Assembly (NCBI GenBank): GCA_040755455.1 | Contig: JBFMAY010000015.1 | Coordinates: 15,890-79,889, forward strand | Direction: 5' to 3' | Origin: Thermodesulfobacteriota bacterium | GTDB lineage: Bacteria; Desulfobacterota; Desulfobulbia; Desulfobulbales; SURF-16 | Length of the DNA: 64,000 nt | Part shown: positions 9,342 to 17,974 of the stretch, piece after piece | How the letters are laid out: every line of letters begins with the position of its first letter | Position numbering within the stretch: the stretch's first letter is position 1 | Program-made: the position numbers and the translations under genes | The notes under the pieces: generated by a model | Seen by the model: only the letters and a program-made list of their open reading frames with translations | Databases searched by the model: none | What the model was told of the DNA's origin: nothing

Positions 9342-11492
9342 ATGAAGCACGTATCGCCGCGCGACACGATAGTGACCCTCTTTGCTCTGCTGCTGTTGCT
9401 GTTTAATCCCCTGTTGGCCGGGGCCGGAGACAACGCTGCAGAAGCGGCTGCCGGGGCAGCGGGGGGAAATGGTGATTTTCCCGTGGTTTTCCAGGGCAAT
9501 GACCACCTGACCGAGGATGATCTGCGGGCAGCGGCGGCTGAAGAGCTGGCCGGTTTTGCCGGGTCGGACTTTCCCGAGGCAAAGGCTGATGATGCGGCGT
9601 TCATGATCGAAACCGCCTATAAGCAGGCTGGCTATGCCTTTGTCAAGGTGGCGTATCACCTGGCGCCGGCAAAGGATGGCATGCAGCTCGGGTTCACGAT
9701 TACCGAAGGCCCCCAGGTGGTGGTGAGCGGTATTGTCATCAGCGGCAACAGCACCTTTACCACCAAGGAGCTGCTCGCTTTTTTCGAGGAAAAAGACAGC
9801 GGCCTGCCGGGGCTGGGCCGCCTTGTCTTTGTCGAAGGGGCAATCCGGGATGCCGTCGCCGCCATCCGGGATCACTATACCGGTGAAGGCTTTCTGCAGG
9901 TGAAAATCGATGCGCCGGTATTTGCCTTCAGCGCGGACCGCAGCGGGGTTGAGGTGCGGCTCGCCGTGCATGAGGGACAGCGCATTACGGTCGGTGCCAT
10001 CCATTTCCAGGGGGACATCCTGGCGGATGCCGGCGCGGAGCTGGATAAGCTTGCCGCCGACTTGACCGGCAAGCCATTTCTCGGCCGGCGCAAACTGATG
10101 CTGCGCAGCGGGGTGCAGGAAATCTACGGCAACCTGGGATACCCGGATGTGCAGGTGGAAATTGCCGAGAACCGGGCTGATTCCTCCTCGCAGGTGGGTC
10201 TCACCTGCGCCATCAGGAGCGGGCCGCAGGTGGTCATTACCGGCATAGAGGTTGCCGGCAACACCCGGACCGAAAGCGAATTCATCCTGAGCCGGTTGGC
10301 CCTCCGGCAGGGTGATACCTTCAACAGCCGTAAAAAACGGGAAAGCTTCCAGCGCCTGTATCAGACCGGTTTGTTCAGCAGGGTCAACCTTGATCTGGCG
10401 GCAGGGGCCAATGCCAATGAGCGGGTGCTGAACGTGCAAGTTGAAGAAACCATGGCCAGGGAGATCTTTTTCCAGGGCGGCTGGGGCTCCTATGAGCTGC
10501 TGCGGGGCAGCGCCGGGTTTCTGGACAAGAATATCCTCGGCAGCGGCCGGGTGTTCCGCGCCGAGGTTGGCGGCTCCTTCAAGAGCGCCAATGTCGAGGC
10601 GGCGGTGCGGGACCCGTGGATCTTCGGCACCGGCATCAGCGCCGATCTCCCCGTGTTTTACCGTTACCTGGAAGAACCGTCCTTTACCAGCGAGGAACTC
10701 GGCATGTCCGTGCTTTTTACCAAGGACCTGCGCAAGGACCTGTCCGTCTCCCTGGCCTACCTGTACAGCAGCAACAAGATCACGGATATTGTCGAAACCG
10801 ATGATGTCGAGCCGGAGAGCGATTATACCACCGCCAGTCTCAAGCTGCAGACCACGCTGGATACCAGAAACGACATCTTTTTCCCAAGCCGGGGCAGGAA
10901 AATTCTTGCCGCGGCGGAGATTGCCGAACCCGCCCTGGGCAGCGGCCTGTCCTTTTACCGTTTCAATTTCGGGGTTAGGGAGTTTTACCCGCTCGGCAAA
11001 AAAAATACCCTGGCGCTGCGCTATGCCACCGGGGTCATTTTCCCGGGCCGGGACCAGATCATCATCCCCATCGGCGAGCGGTTCTTTAACGGCGGCGAAA
11101 ACACGGTGCGGAGTTTCAGCGAGTCCGAGCTCGGCCCCAAGAATGAGGATGGCGATCCCCTGGGCGGCATGGCCTTTAATGTGTTCACCGTGGAGCTGCG
11201 CCGCCTGCTGACCGACCGCCTGGCCGCCTCCCTGTTCATGGATTACGGCAATGTTTCGCCGAATCTGTCACCTGAAGAGGACAGCGACGGGCCGTTCACC
11301 GGCCGCCAGGAGGTGATCGACAGCACCTTGCGTGATTATTTCAGTGATTTCCGGCCGGGGCTGGGCGCGGGTGTGCAGTATCTCCTGCCGGTGGGCCCGG
11401 CCCGGCTCGATTTTGCCTGGAATCCCGATCAGGACACGGACAGAGACGAGGACAGCTTCACCGTGCACTTCAGCATCGGCATGGCCTTTTAG
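9342..11492 (+). CDS. Omp85/BamA-family outer-membrane protein with POTRA repeats (TamA-like partner of TamB)
   Basis: Signal peptide, POTRA-like repeats (ISGN..F, IEVAGNTRT), and a C-terminal bacterial surface antigen barrel ending FSIGMAF. Genetically coupled to tamB. Confidence 0.8.
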   Translation: MKHVSPRDTIVTLFALLLLLFNPLLAGAGDNAAEAAAGAAGGNGDFPVVFQGNDHLTEDDLRAAAAEELAGFAGSDFPEAKADDAAFMIETAYKQAGYAFVKVAYHLAPAKDGMQLGFTITEGPQVVVSGIVISGNSTFTTKELLAFFEEKDSGLPGLGRLVFVEGAIRDAVAAIRDHYTGEGFLQVKIDAPVFAFSADRSGVEVRLAVHEGQRITVGAIHFQGDILADAGAELDKLAADLTGKPFLGRRKLMLRSGVQEIYGNLGYPDVQVEIAENRADSSSQVGLTCAIRSGPQVVITGIEVAGNTRTESEFILSRLALRQGDTFNSRKKRESFQRLYQTGLFSRVNLDLAAGANANERVLNVQVEETMAREIFFQGGWGSYELLRGSAGFLDKNILGSGRVFRAEVGGSFKSANVEAAVRDPWIFGTGISADLPVFYRYLEEPSFTSEELGMSVLFTKDLRKDLSVSLAYLYSSNKITDIVETDDVEPESDYTTASLKLQTTLDTRNDIFFPSRGRKILAAAEIAEPALGSGLSFYRFNFGVREFYPLGKKNTLALRYATGVIFPGRDQIIIPIGERFFNGGENTVRSFSESELGPKNEDGDPLGGMAFNVFTVELRRLLTDRLAASLFMDYGNVSPNLSPEEDSDGPFTGRQEVIDSTLRDYFSDFRPGLGAGVQYLLPVGPARLDFAWNPDQDTDRDEDSFTVHFSIGMAF

Positions 11493-11566
11493 GGGCCGTT
11501 ACCCCATAACCCGTGATTTCATCTTCCGCCAACCGACCCATGGAGTTTTTTTTCAGGAGAAGCGTT

Positions 11567-13123
11567 ATGAAACATAAGATTGCCCTCTTCGTGCTGGTCA
11601 TTGCCATGCTGTTTCCCCCATTGGCCATGGGCGGCTCGGATCTTCCGCAAAACGAAAAAACCACTGGCCGGTTCTTTACATCCATCCACGACAGTCCTGC
11701 CCTGCTCAGAGGCTTCCTGGGCAGGATGCCCAAGGGCGCTGACCTGCACACCCACCTCTCGGGCGCGGTGTACGCTGAGGACTTCCTGCAATGGGCCGTG
11801 GAAGACGGCCGCTGCCTTGACACGGCGTCCTTTACTATCGTCAGGGCAAGCGGGCAAACCGGCAGCAGCCAGCCCCTGTGTCCGCCGGGGACGGTTGCCG
11901 CCACGGAGCTGGAGAAGGATAACGCCCTGTACGCGGCGGCGGTGAACGCCCTGTCCACCCGCAACCTGGAAACCACCACCCACATGTGGGGGCACGACCA
12001 GTTTTTCAGCACCTTCGGCAGGTTCGGCGCGGCAAAAGAGGGCAGGGAGGCTGACATGCTTGCCTCGGTGCTGCGGCGCGCCGCAGGCCAGGGCATTCTC
12101 TACGTTGAGGTGATGGATTCCCTCTATCCGCAAAACCTCAAAACCATTGCGGAAAAAGTCGGCTGGCCCGGCGACGCCGCAGCCGCCCTGGCGGCCCTGC
12201 GCCAGGAGGGGCTTTTCGACGGCATTGGGCAATCCGGCGCGGCCCGCAGTGAGACCCTGGCCAGGATGCGCGCATTGCTCGGCTCCGGCCCCGGCGGCAA
12301 CACGGCGGTGCGCTTCATCCAGCAGGTAACCCGCACTGCGGCTCCGGCCCAGGTGTTCGCCCAGCTTGCCTACAGCTTTGAACTGGTGCGGCAGGACCCC
12401 AATGTGGTTGCCGTCAATCTGGTCGCCCCGGAAGACCACCCGGTCGCCCTGCGGGACTATTCCCTGCAGATGGCGATGATCGACGCCCTCAGCGCCATGC
12501 CGGAGTATGCAGACACCCCCATCACCCTGCATGCGGGGGAACTGAGTCTGGGGCTGGTGCCGCCGCGCCATCTGCGCTTCCACATCCGCGAGGCCGTGGA
12601 AAAAGGCCACGCCCGCCGCATCGGCCATGGGGTGGATATCATGTACGAGGAAAATCCCTTTGCTCTGCTCCGCGCCATGCGGGATAAAAAGATAGCCGTG
12701 GAAATCTGTCTCTCCAGCAATGACCGGATTCTTCATGTTGCCGGCCCGGAGCATCCGTTCCCGGTATACCGCCGGTACGGGGTGCCTGTTGTGCTCAACA
12801 CGGATGACGAGGGCGTTGCCCGCATTGATCTGACCAACGAGTACGTCCGCGCCACCCGCACCTACAATCTGGGATATGAAGATGTCAAGGCCCTGTCGCG
12901 CAACAGCCTTGAATACAGCTTTCTGCCCGGCAGGAGCCTGTGGGCCAACCCGGCCACCTTTGCCATGGACAGCGCCTGCAAGGACTCCCGCGCAGGGCAG
13001 CGCGAAACGCCGCAATGCGGCAAACTGTTGGATGAAAGCGAAAAGGCCCGGCTGCAATGGGCGCTGGAAATGGCCTTCATTGCCTTTGAGCGGGAGGTTG
13101 GGCAGACAATGGCCAACCGTTGA
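11567..13123 (+). CDS. Secreted adenosine/adenine deaminase-family metallohydrolase
   Basis: AGGAGA RBS. Signal peptide MKHKIALFVLVIAMLFPPLAMGG. Deaminase motifs DLHTHLSGAVY, ITLHAGE, IGHGVD and VLNTDDEGV. Confidence 0.75.
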   Translation: MKHKIALFVLVIAMLFPPLAMGGSDLPQNEKTTGRFFTSIHDSPALLRGFLGRMPKGADLHTHLSGAVYAEDFLQWAVEDGRCLDTASFTIVRASGQTGSSQPLCPPGTVAATELEKDNALYAAAVNALSTRNLETTTHMWGHDQFFSTFGRFGAAKEGREADMLASVLRRAAGQGILYVEVMDSLYPQNLKTIAEKVGWPGDAAAALAALRQEGLFDGIGQSGAARSETLARMRALLGSGPGGNTAVRFIQQVTRTAAPAQVFAQLAYSFELVRQDPNVVAVNLVAPEDHPVALRDYSLQMAMIDALSAMPEYADTPITLHAGELSLGLVPPRHLRFHIREAVEKGHARRIGHGVDIMYEENPFALLRAMRDKKIAVEICLSSNDRILHVAGPEHPFPVYRRYGVPVVLNTDDEGVARIDLTNEYVRATRTYNLGYEDVKALSRNSLEYSFLPGRSLWANPATFAMDSACKDSRAGQRETPQCGKLLDESEKARLQWALEMAFIAFEREVGQTMANR

Positions 13124-13313
13124 TTCTGTAGTGAGGACACCAGGCGTTATCAGTTCGAAAACGGCCATGGCTTTGCAAAATGAGATGGGCTCTCTATAAA
13201 GCTTGGCGTCAGGTTTTCCTGTTGCTAAGATAGGGAGCCAACAAGCACTTTCCTGGTGGGCGAACCGCTTATGGCGCGGTCGCCTTCCCAAACTTTTTTT
13301 TAGGAGATAACCG

Positions 13314-13808
13314 ATGAAAAGATTTTACCTGTGTCTGGGCGTTTTACTGCTCCTCTTGAACGGCTGCGGCAATTCCGTGGAGGAAAAGGCCATTGAAAAA
13401 AAGATTGAGAAGGAAACCGGCGCCAAGACGGATGTGGATCTTTCCGACAAAGGCATGAAGATAACCGGGGCATCGGAGGGGGAAAAATACTCCGTCACCA
13501 CCGGTGATGCCACGGAGATCCCGAAAGACTTTCCTGCCGATGTGCCCCTGTACCAGCCCTCCAAGGCCGTGGGCGCGGTAACGGTCACCGGCGGGTATTC
13601 CGTTTCGTTGACCACCGGCGACGATGCGGCCAAGGTCGCGGCAAGCTACAAGGAGCAGATGACCTCCCAGGGCTGGTCCGAACAGGCATCCATGAACGTG
13701 GGGGGACAGACCGTGCTCGTCTATGAAAAAGAGGGGCGGGCCACCAATATTGCCGTCATGCCGGCTGACGGCCAGACAAGCATAACCGTGACCGTGGCAA
13801 CGGAGTAG
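13314..13808 (+). CDS. Lipoprotein of unknown function
   Basis: AGGAGA RBS and lipobox LLLLNGC in MKRFYLCLGVLLLLLNGCG. Confidence 0.7.
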   Translation: MKRFYLCLGVLLLLLNGCGNSVEEKAIEKKIEKETGAKTDVDLSDKGMKITGASEGEKYSVTTGDATEIPKDFPADVPLYQPSKAVGAVTVTGGYSVSLTTGDDAAKVAASYKEQMTSQGWSEQASMNVGGQTVLVYEKEGRATNIAVMPADGQTSITVTVATE

Positions 13809-13898
13809 TTCCTTTCCGGCAGTTGCGCGAGCCACTGCCGTCTGATAAGCGCCGGCCTGGCATCAGCCGTGGCAGGCCGGCGCAAGGATGGATTTCGC

Positions 13899-14093
13899 AT
13901 GGCGCAACTCGGCGAAAAAGAAAAAACCCGCAGGATTATAGGAGCGGTTCTGCTCAGCATCGGCGCTCTCTGCACGATCTGGGGAGACAAGACCGATCAT
14001 TTGGCTGTCCTCAGGTTTGGCAAAACCACCGCCGTTGCCGGCATTGTTCTTTATTTCCTGGGCAGAATAGGGAAGCTGCTGCGCAAGGGTTAG
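13899..14093 (+). CDS. Small two-TM membrane protein (hypothetical)
   Basis: Two hydrophobic helices (IIGAVLLSIGALCTIW and AVAGIVLYFLGRIG). The start is uncertain (GTG at 13869 or ATG at 13899). Confidence 0.35.
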   Translation: MAQLGEKEKTRRIIGAVLLSIGALCTIWGDKTDHLAVLRFGKTTAVAGIVLYFLGRIGKLLRKG

Positions 14094-14204
14094 CTGATGC
14101 CTGGGCGGACCTGGGCGTTGCGGACTGCATGCGGTGTGGACCCTGCCGCCAGGGGACGCGGTGGCGGCTTTTATGATTTCTGATTGCATGAATTGTATCT
14201 CTGA

Positions 14205-14233
14205 TTGACAATTTATGCAAGACCCGCTACCAT
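14205..14233 (+). promoter_or_regulatory. Sigma-70-like promoter candidate immediately upstream of the ATPase gene
   Basis: TTGACA (14205-14210), 17-nt spacer, TACCAT (14228-14233). The ATG at 14241 is only 8 nt away, so the mRNA would be nearly leaderless. Confidence 0.3.
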
Positions 14234-14240
14234 TGATTCC

Positions 14241-15425
14241 ATGATTGCCAGAAAACTCACAGACAGGCTGTTGCAACTCGCCTCATATTATCCCGTGGTG
14301 GCAGTGACCGGCCCCAGACAGGCGGGAAAAACCACGCTGTGCCGGGCCACCTTTCCGGATAAGCCCTATGTATCGCTGGAATCCCTGGATTTCCGCGAGT
14401 TTGCCGAGAGCGATCCGCGGGGATTTCTGATGGAATACCGGCAGGGTGCCGTCCTCGACGAGATCCAGCAGGCGCCTGGACTGGTAAGTTATCTGCAAGC
14501 CGAAGTTGATGAACTTCCAGAGCCTGGCCGTTTTATTCTCACCGGCTCGCAGCATTTCGGCATATCGCAGATCATTTCCCAGTCCCTGGCCGGACGTTGT
14601 GGCCTGCTGACCCTGTTGCCCCCTGATTTTGATGAGCTGCAGGGCTTCTCCCAGGTGCCGGATGATCTTTTTACCCTGCTCTGGCAAGGCGCTTATCCGA
14701 GAATCTATGACCATAACATTCCGGCCCACCAGTGGCTGGCCGACTATATCGCCACCTATGTGCAGCGTGATGTCCGTCAGGTCATGAATGTCGGTGACCT
14801 GCTCACTTTTTCCAGCTTTCTCAAGCTCTGCGCCGGGCGCACGGCGCAGGAGATCAATCTTTCGTCCCTGGGCAGTGATGCCGGGGTTTCCCATAATACG
14901 GCAAAATCCTGGTTGTCTATTCTGGAGGCCAGTTATATCATTCACCGGATACCAGCCTGGCATGTCAACATCCGCAAGCAGATAGTGAAGGCGCCCAAGC
15001 TTCATTTCCTGGATGCCGGGCTGGTCTGCTATCTTCTGCAGATCAGAGAGCCTGGACAACTCCGGTTACATCCTCTCCGAGGGGCTATTTTTGAAAGCTG
15101 GGTGGTGTCGGAGCTGTATAAAGCTCTAGCCCACCAGGGCGAGCAGCCGATTCTGCACCACTATCGTGAAACCCGCGGGTTGGAAATGGATGTGCTGATC
15201 CAGCGTGGTGATTGTCTGCATGCCGTCGAGGTCAAATCCGCGGCCACGGCAGCTCCTGATTTTTTCAAGGGATTTGAACAGATTGCCGGGAGAATACAGA
15301 CAGCCGGCCTGTCCCTGCGTCTGGATAATGTGGTGGTCTATGGAGGCGAGACATCGCATCAGCGTTCAACGGCACGGCTGCTCGGCTGGCGGGACGTGGG
15401 CAAGATTTTGCGTCAGGCGTTATAG
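14241..15425 (+). CDS. AAA+ ATPase with a C-terminal DUF4143 / PD-(D/E)xK-like domain
   Basis: Walker A GPRQAGKTT. C-terminal nuclease-like motif EMDVLIQ...HAVEVKS. Confidence 0.8.
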   Translation: MIARKLTDRLLQLASYYPVVAVTGPRQAGKTTLCRATFPDKPYVSLESLDFREFAESDPRGFLMEYRQGAVLDEIQQAPGLVSYLQAEVDELPEPGRFILTGSQHFGISQIISQSLAGRCGLLTLLPPDFDELQGFSQVPDDLFTLLWQGAYPRIYDHNIPAHQWLADYIATYVQRDVRQVMNVGDLLTFSSFLKLCAGRTAQEINLSSLGSDAGVSHNTAKSWLSILEASYIIHRIPAWHVNIRKQIVKAPKLHFLDAGLVCYLLQIREPGQLRLHPLRGAIFESWVVSELYKALAHQGEQPILHHYRETRGLEMDVLIQRGDCLHAVEVKSAATAAPDFFKGFEQIAGRIQTAGLSLRLDNVVVYGGETSHQRSTARLLGWRDVGKILRQAL

Positions 15426-15669
15426 CAGCAGCCGGGCAGGGGCATTTTTGCTCATGAATGCTGAGCAATTCAGAAAGTTAAGTTTTGGTATGTCGCCCTG
15501 GCAATGTATCGAGAACATGTGTTGACTCTGCCCCCAAAGGGATATGTTGATTTTGAGACACATCTATTGGATGGGCAATAAAACCAAAACTCCTCCCCTG
15601 AAATTTTAGGGTAAAGTTGTAATTCTGTTAAGACACATCACCGAGATTTGGAGTACAGCGCCTCTAAAA

Positions 15670-15740
15670 TGTGTGTGTGCCCTGCTGGGGCGCACACATA
15701 AAAACGCGCGTTATGAGTATTCATAACGCGCGTTTTTTGT
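15670..15740. terminator. Tandem hairpins, the second a bidirectional intrinsic terminator
   Basis: Hairpin 1: 15671-15682 pairs with 15688-15699. Hairpin 2: perfect 16-bp stem AAAACGCGCGTTATGA (15701-15716) / TCATAACGCGCGTTTT (15721-15736) with an A-run before and a T-run after. It sits between convergent genes. Confidence 0.75.
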
Positions 15741-15759
15741 TTCCCTTGCCTCCCCAAAC

Positions 15760-15793
15760 CTGCAGCATTGTCTTTTACCAGACAATGCTGCAG
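15760..15793 (-). other. 14-bp perfect hairpin just 3' of the decahaem cytochrome stop codon
   Basis: CTGCAGCATTGTCT (15760-15773) / AGACAATGCTGCAG (15780-15793) with a 6-nt loop. No adjacent U-run. Confidence 0.5.
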
Positions 15794-15817
15794 AAAGCAG
15801 AAGAGGTCTGCGTGCCT

Positions 15818-17866
15818 TTACTGGCACTGATGCGGGTAGGGCACGTTGTCAACAAATTCGCTCACACAAGCCGGATTGCACGGAGAACAAAGTGCGCGTT
15901 CAGGTCTGGTGAAGTTGTGGCAGAAGAGACAATCAATACCGCTGCCTTTGTTGAGGTGGCCGTGCATGGATTCATGGGTCCTCGGGCTTTTGATCCTGTG
16001 ACACTGCACGCAAATCTTGTCCTGGCTGTCCTTGAGGGCATAGCCCTTCTTGTCAAGCATTGACTGGGTTGTTAGGTCAAGATAGGCGCTGGTGTCGCCG
16101 TGACACTGTGAGCAGGAGGCCGCGCTCGTCGCCGGACTGACCCCGTGGTTGATGGCCATCTCCGCCTCAACCCATGTCCAGGTGTAGGGACCGCTCAGGC
16201 CGGCATAGGACTCGCCTCTTTGCGCCGCCTCATCGTATTTGCCGGTCATAAACTGCCAGACGACATCAAAAGGAATGACCTGACTGGTGGCGTTATGCAC
16301 CGCCATTCTGGACTGATGACGCTTGATCGGCACCAGTTTGGTCGTGCCGGCGGCATCGTTGATCCCGCCATTGGCATCGGCCATCATCGGGTAGCCGCTG
16401 ATCGGATCAACGCGGTTCATGGTCTGTCCCAGTTCATAAATATAGCTGGTGCCATCAAAGAAGGTGTAATCAGGAACGACATTGGCCACCTTGTGTTCTT
16501 CGCCAGCCCAGGCGCCCTGACCGTTGCACAGGGCCGCATTCCAGGTTGGGGTCGTCCAGTCACGCCACATCTCAGTAGCGCCGCCCTTGGCGAAGGTAGG
16601 GATGTGGCAGGATTGGCAGGCGACCCGTGCCACATGCCGATCCGGTTCAGTGCGGCGACCGGACGACGCATGGCCACTGCCGCTGTCCATGCCGGCATGG
16701 CAATCAACACAGGCCTTCACCGTACCGCCTTCCGTTGGACGCAGATCAATGCCGCGGCCCGGTATTTCATGAGATGTGGCCACATGGCAGGAAGAGCAGC
16801 TCAAGCCGGCGCCGCCATTGGCGACGGAGGCCAAATGGATATCTTGCGTCGCAGTGGCGTTTGCCGAATTCAAACCGATATCGCCGCGTTTCACCCAGTC
16901 GCCGCCGCCCGCCTTGGCATGGCAGGAGAGACAGGTAGTGGTGGTCGGACGATGGACGCCGCGCACCAGATCAAGAGCCGTCAGACCAGGCATGGCCCCC
17001 CAGTTAAACTCGACATGAAATTCACCGTTGGCATCCTTGTCAGAAGGAATATAGGTCTTTTGGGTGCCCTGCCAGTCGGTGACATAATAGAAATTGGCCG
17101 GATCCGTTTCGGCGGCAAACCGGGATTTGTATTGGTCGTTGTGGCAGCGCAGACAGTCGATATCCGCCGCGGCCAGATTTTCATATTTGCCCAGGGTGGG
17201 ATGACAGGTCAAACAGGCCGCCCCTGCCATGTCAGGATTGGGATAGCTGCAAAACGTGTTGATCTCGCTTAGTTTCTGGCTCAGGTCTGTTGCATTGGTA
17301 ACCTTGGGTGAGGGGGTGGGCATCATGCCATGTAGGGCGTTGACCACATCATTACCTTCGAAGGGATGACACTCCAGACATTTGGCCGTTACCTGGGCCG
17401 GAGTACTGAAGGTTCCGGTAATGCCCGCGTGGGGGTTAGTGGTGCACAAATCCGCTCCAGAGCAATCCTGGTCAATTCCGTCACACTGAATTTCCGTGGC
17501 ACCAGGGAATATGCCGCTGTCGCTGTTGTTGCAGTCCTTTTGACTACCAGCCGGGCAACTGGCGTCGCCGGGGTTGCCGTAGCCATCGCCGTCGGTATCG
17601 ATGCAAGTAGCGCAGGGCAGGTCAGCTCCGGAGCAGTCCTGGTCAATTCCGTCACCGCAGATCTCCGGTGCCCCGGGATAAATACTGCTATTGGTGTTGT
17701 TGCAGTCCGTGGCGCTGCCTTTGGGACATACGGAGACACCCGGATTGCCGTAGCCGTCACCATCAGTGTCCTTACAGGTCACCGGTTTCCCGGCAAAGGA
17801 TTGTTCTGCCGCAAGGGGCAAGGCAAGCATGCCCAGAGCAATCATCGACAAAATAGATTTTCGCAT
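15818..17866 (-). CDS. Secreted decahaem c-type cytochrome with two N-terminal MopE-like Cys/Asp metal-binding repeats
   Basis: GAGGAG RBS. Signal peptide MRKSILSMIALGMLALPLAAEQSFA. Ten CXXCH motifs: CLECH, CLTCH, CLRCH, CLSCH, CSSCH, CVDCH, CQSCH, CSQCH, CVQCH, CLFCH. Confidence 0.9.
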   Translation of the reverse strand: MRKSILSMIALGMLALPLAAEQSFAGKPVTCKDTDGDGYGNPGVSVCPKGSATDCNNTNSSIYPGAPEICGDGIDQDCSGADLPCATCIDTDGDGYGNPGDASCPAGSQKDCNNSDSGIFPGATEIQCDGIDQDCSGADLCTTNPHAGITGTFSTPAQVTAKCLECHPFEGNDVVNALHGMMPTPSPKVTNATDLSQKLSEINTFCSYPNPDMAGAACLTCHPTLGKYENLAAADIDCLRCHNDQYKSRFAAETDPANFYYVTDWQGTQKTYIPSDKDANGEFHVEFNWGAMPGLTALDLVRGVHRPTTTTCLSCHAKAGGGDWVKRGDIGLNSANATATQDIHLASVANGGAGLSCSSCHVATSHEIPGRGIDLRPTEGGTVKACVDCHAGMDSGSGHASSGRRTEPDRHVARVACQSCHIPTFAKGGATEMWRDWTTPTWNAALCNGQGAWAGEEHKVANVVPDYTFFDGTSYIYELGQTMNRVDPISGYPMMADANGGINDAAGTTKLVPIKRHQSRMAVHNATSQVIPFDVVWQFMTGKYDEAAQRGESYAGLSGPYTWTWVEAEMAINHGVSPATSAASCSQCHGDTSAYLDLTTQSMLDKKGYALKDSQDKICVQCHRIKSPRTHESMHGHLNKGSGIDCLFCHNFTRPERALCSPCNPACVSEFVDNVPYPHQCQ
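17444..17776 (-). repeat. Intragenic tandem duplication of two ~55-codon units
   Basis: aa 31-84 CKDTDGDGYGNPGVSVCPKGSATDCNNTNSSIYPGAPEICGDGIDQDCSGADL versus aa 88-140 CIDTDGDGYGNPGDASCPAGSQKDCNNSDSGIFPGATEIQCDGIDQDCSGADL. Confidence 0.85.
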
Positions 17867-17974
17867 AATTTTTCTCCTCGAAATTTGATAAAACTTTGAC
17901 CACCTGATCGACGCATGCTTATTCTTCAACAGGGCCCCTCCTCTTCCCCTATGATCCATCATGCGGTGACACAT

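Noticed and set aside
11519-13291. A 590-aa ORF antisense to the adenosine deaminase gene. Similar ORFs: 3818..5098, 9282..10439, 19001..20401, 33897..34925 and 35061..36698 (all minus), and 16145..17272, 22850..23869 and 58894..60096 (all plus).
   Set aside because: Each one mirrors a sense-strand gene that has strong domain motifs. The antisense translations are Arg/Gly/His/Pro-rich with no recognisable domains, so I treat them as GC-driven shadow ORFs.
15540-15660. Direct repeat GACACATC (two copies ~75 nt apart) downstream of the ATPase gene
   Set aside because: An 8-mer occurring twice is within chance expectation, and there is no associated structure or flanking conservation.
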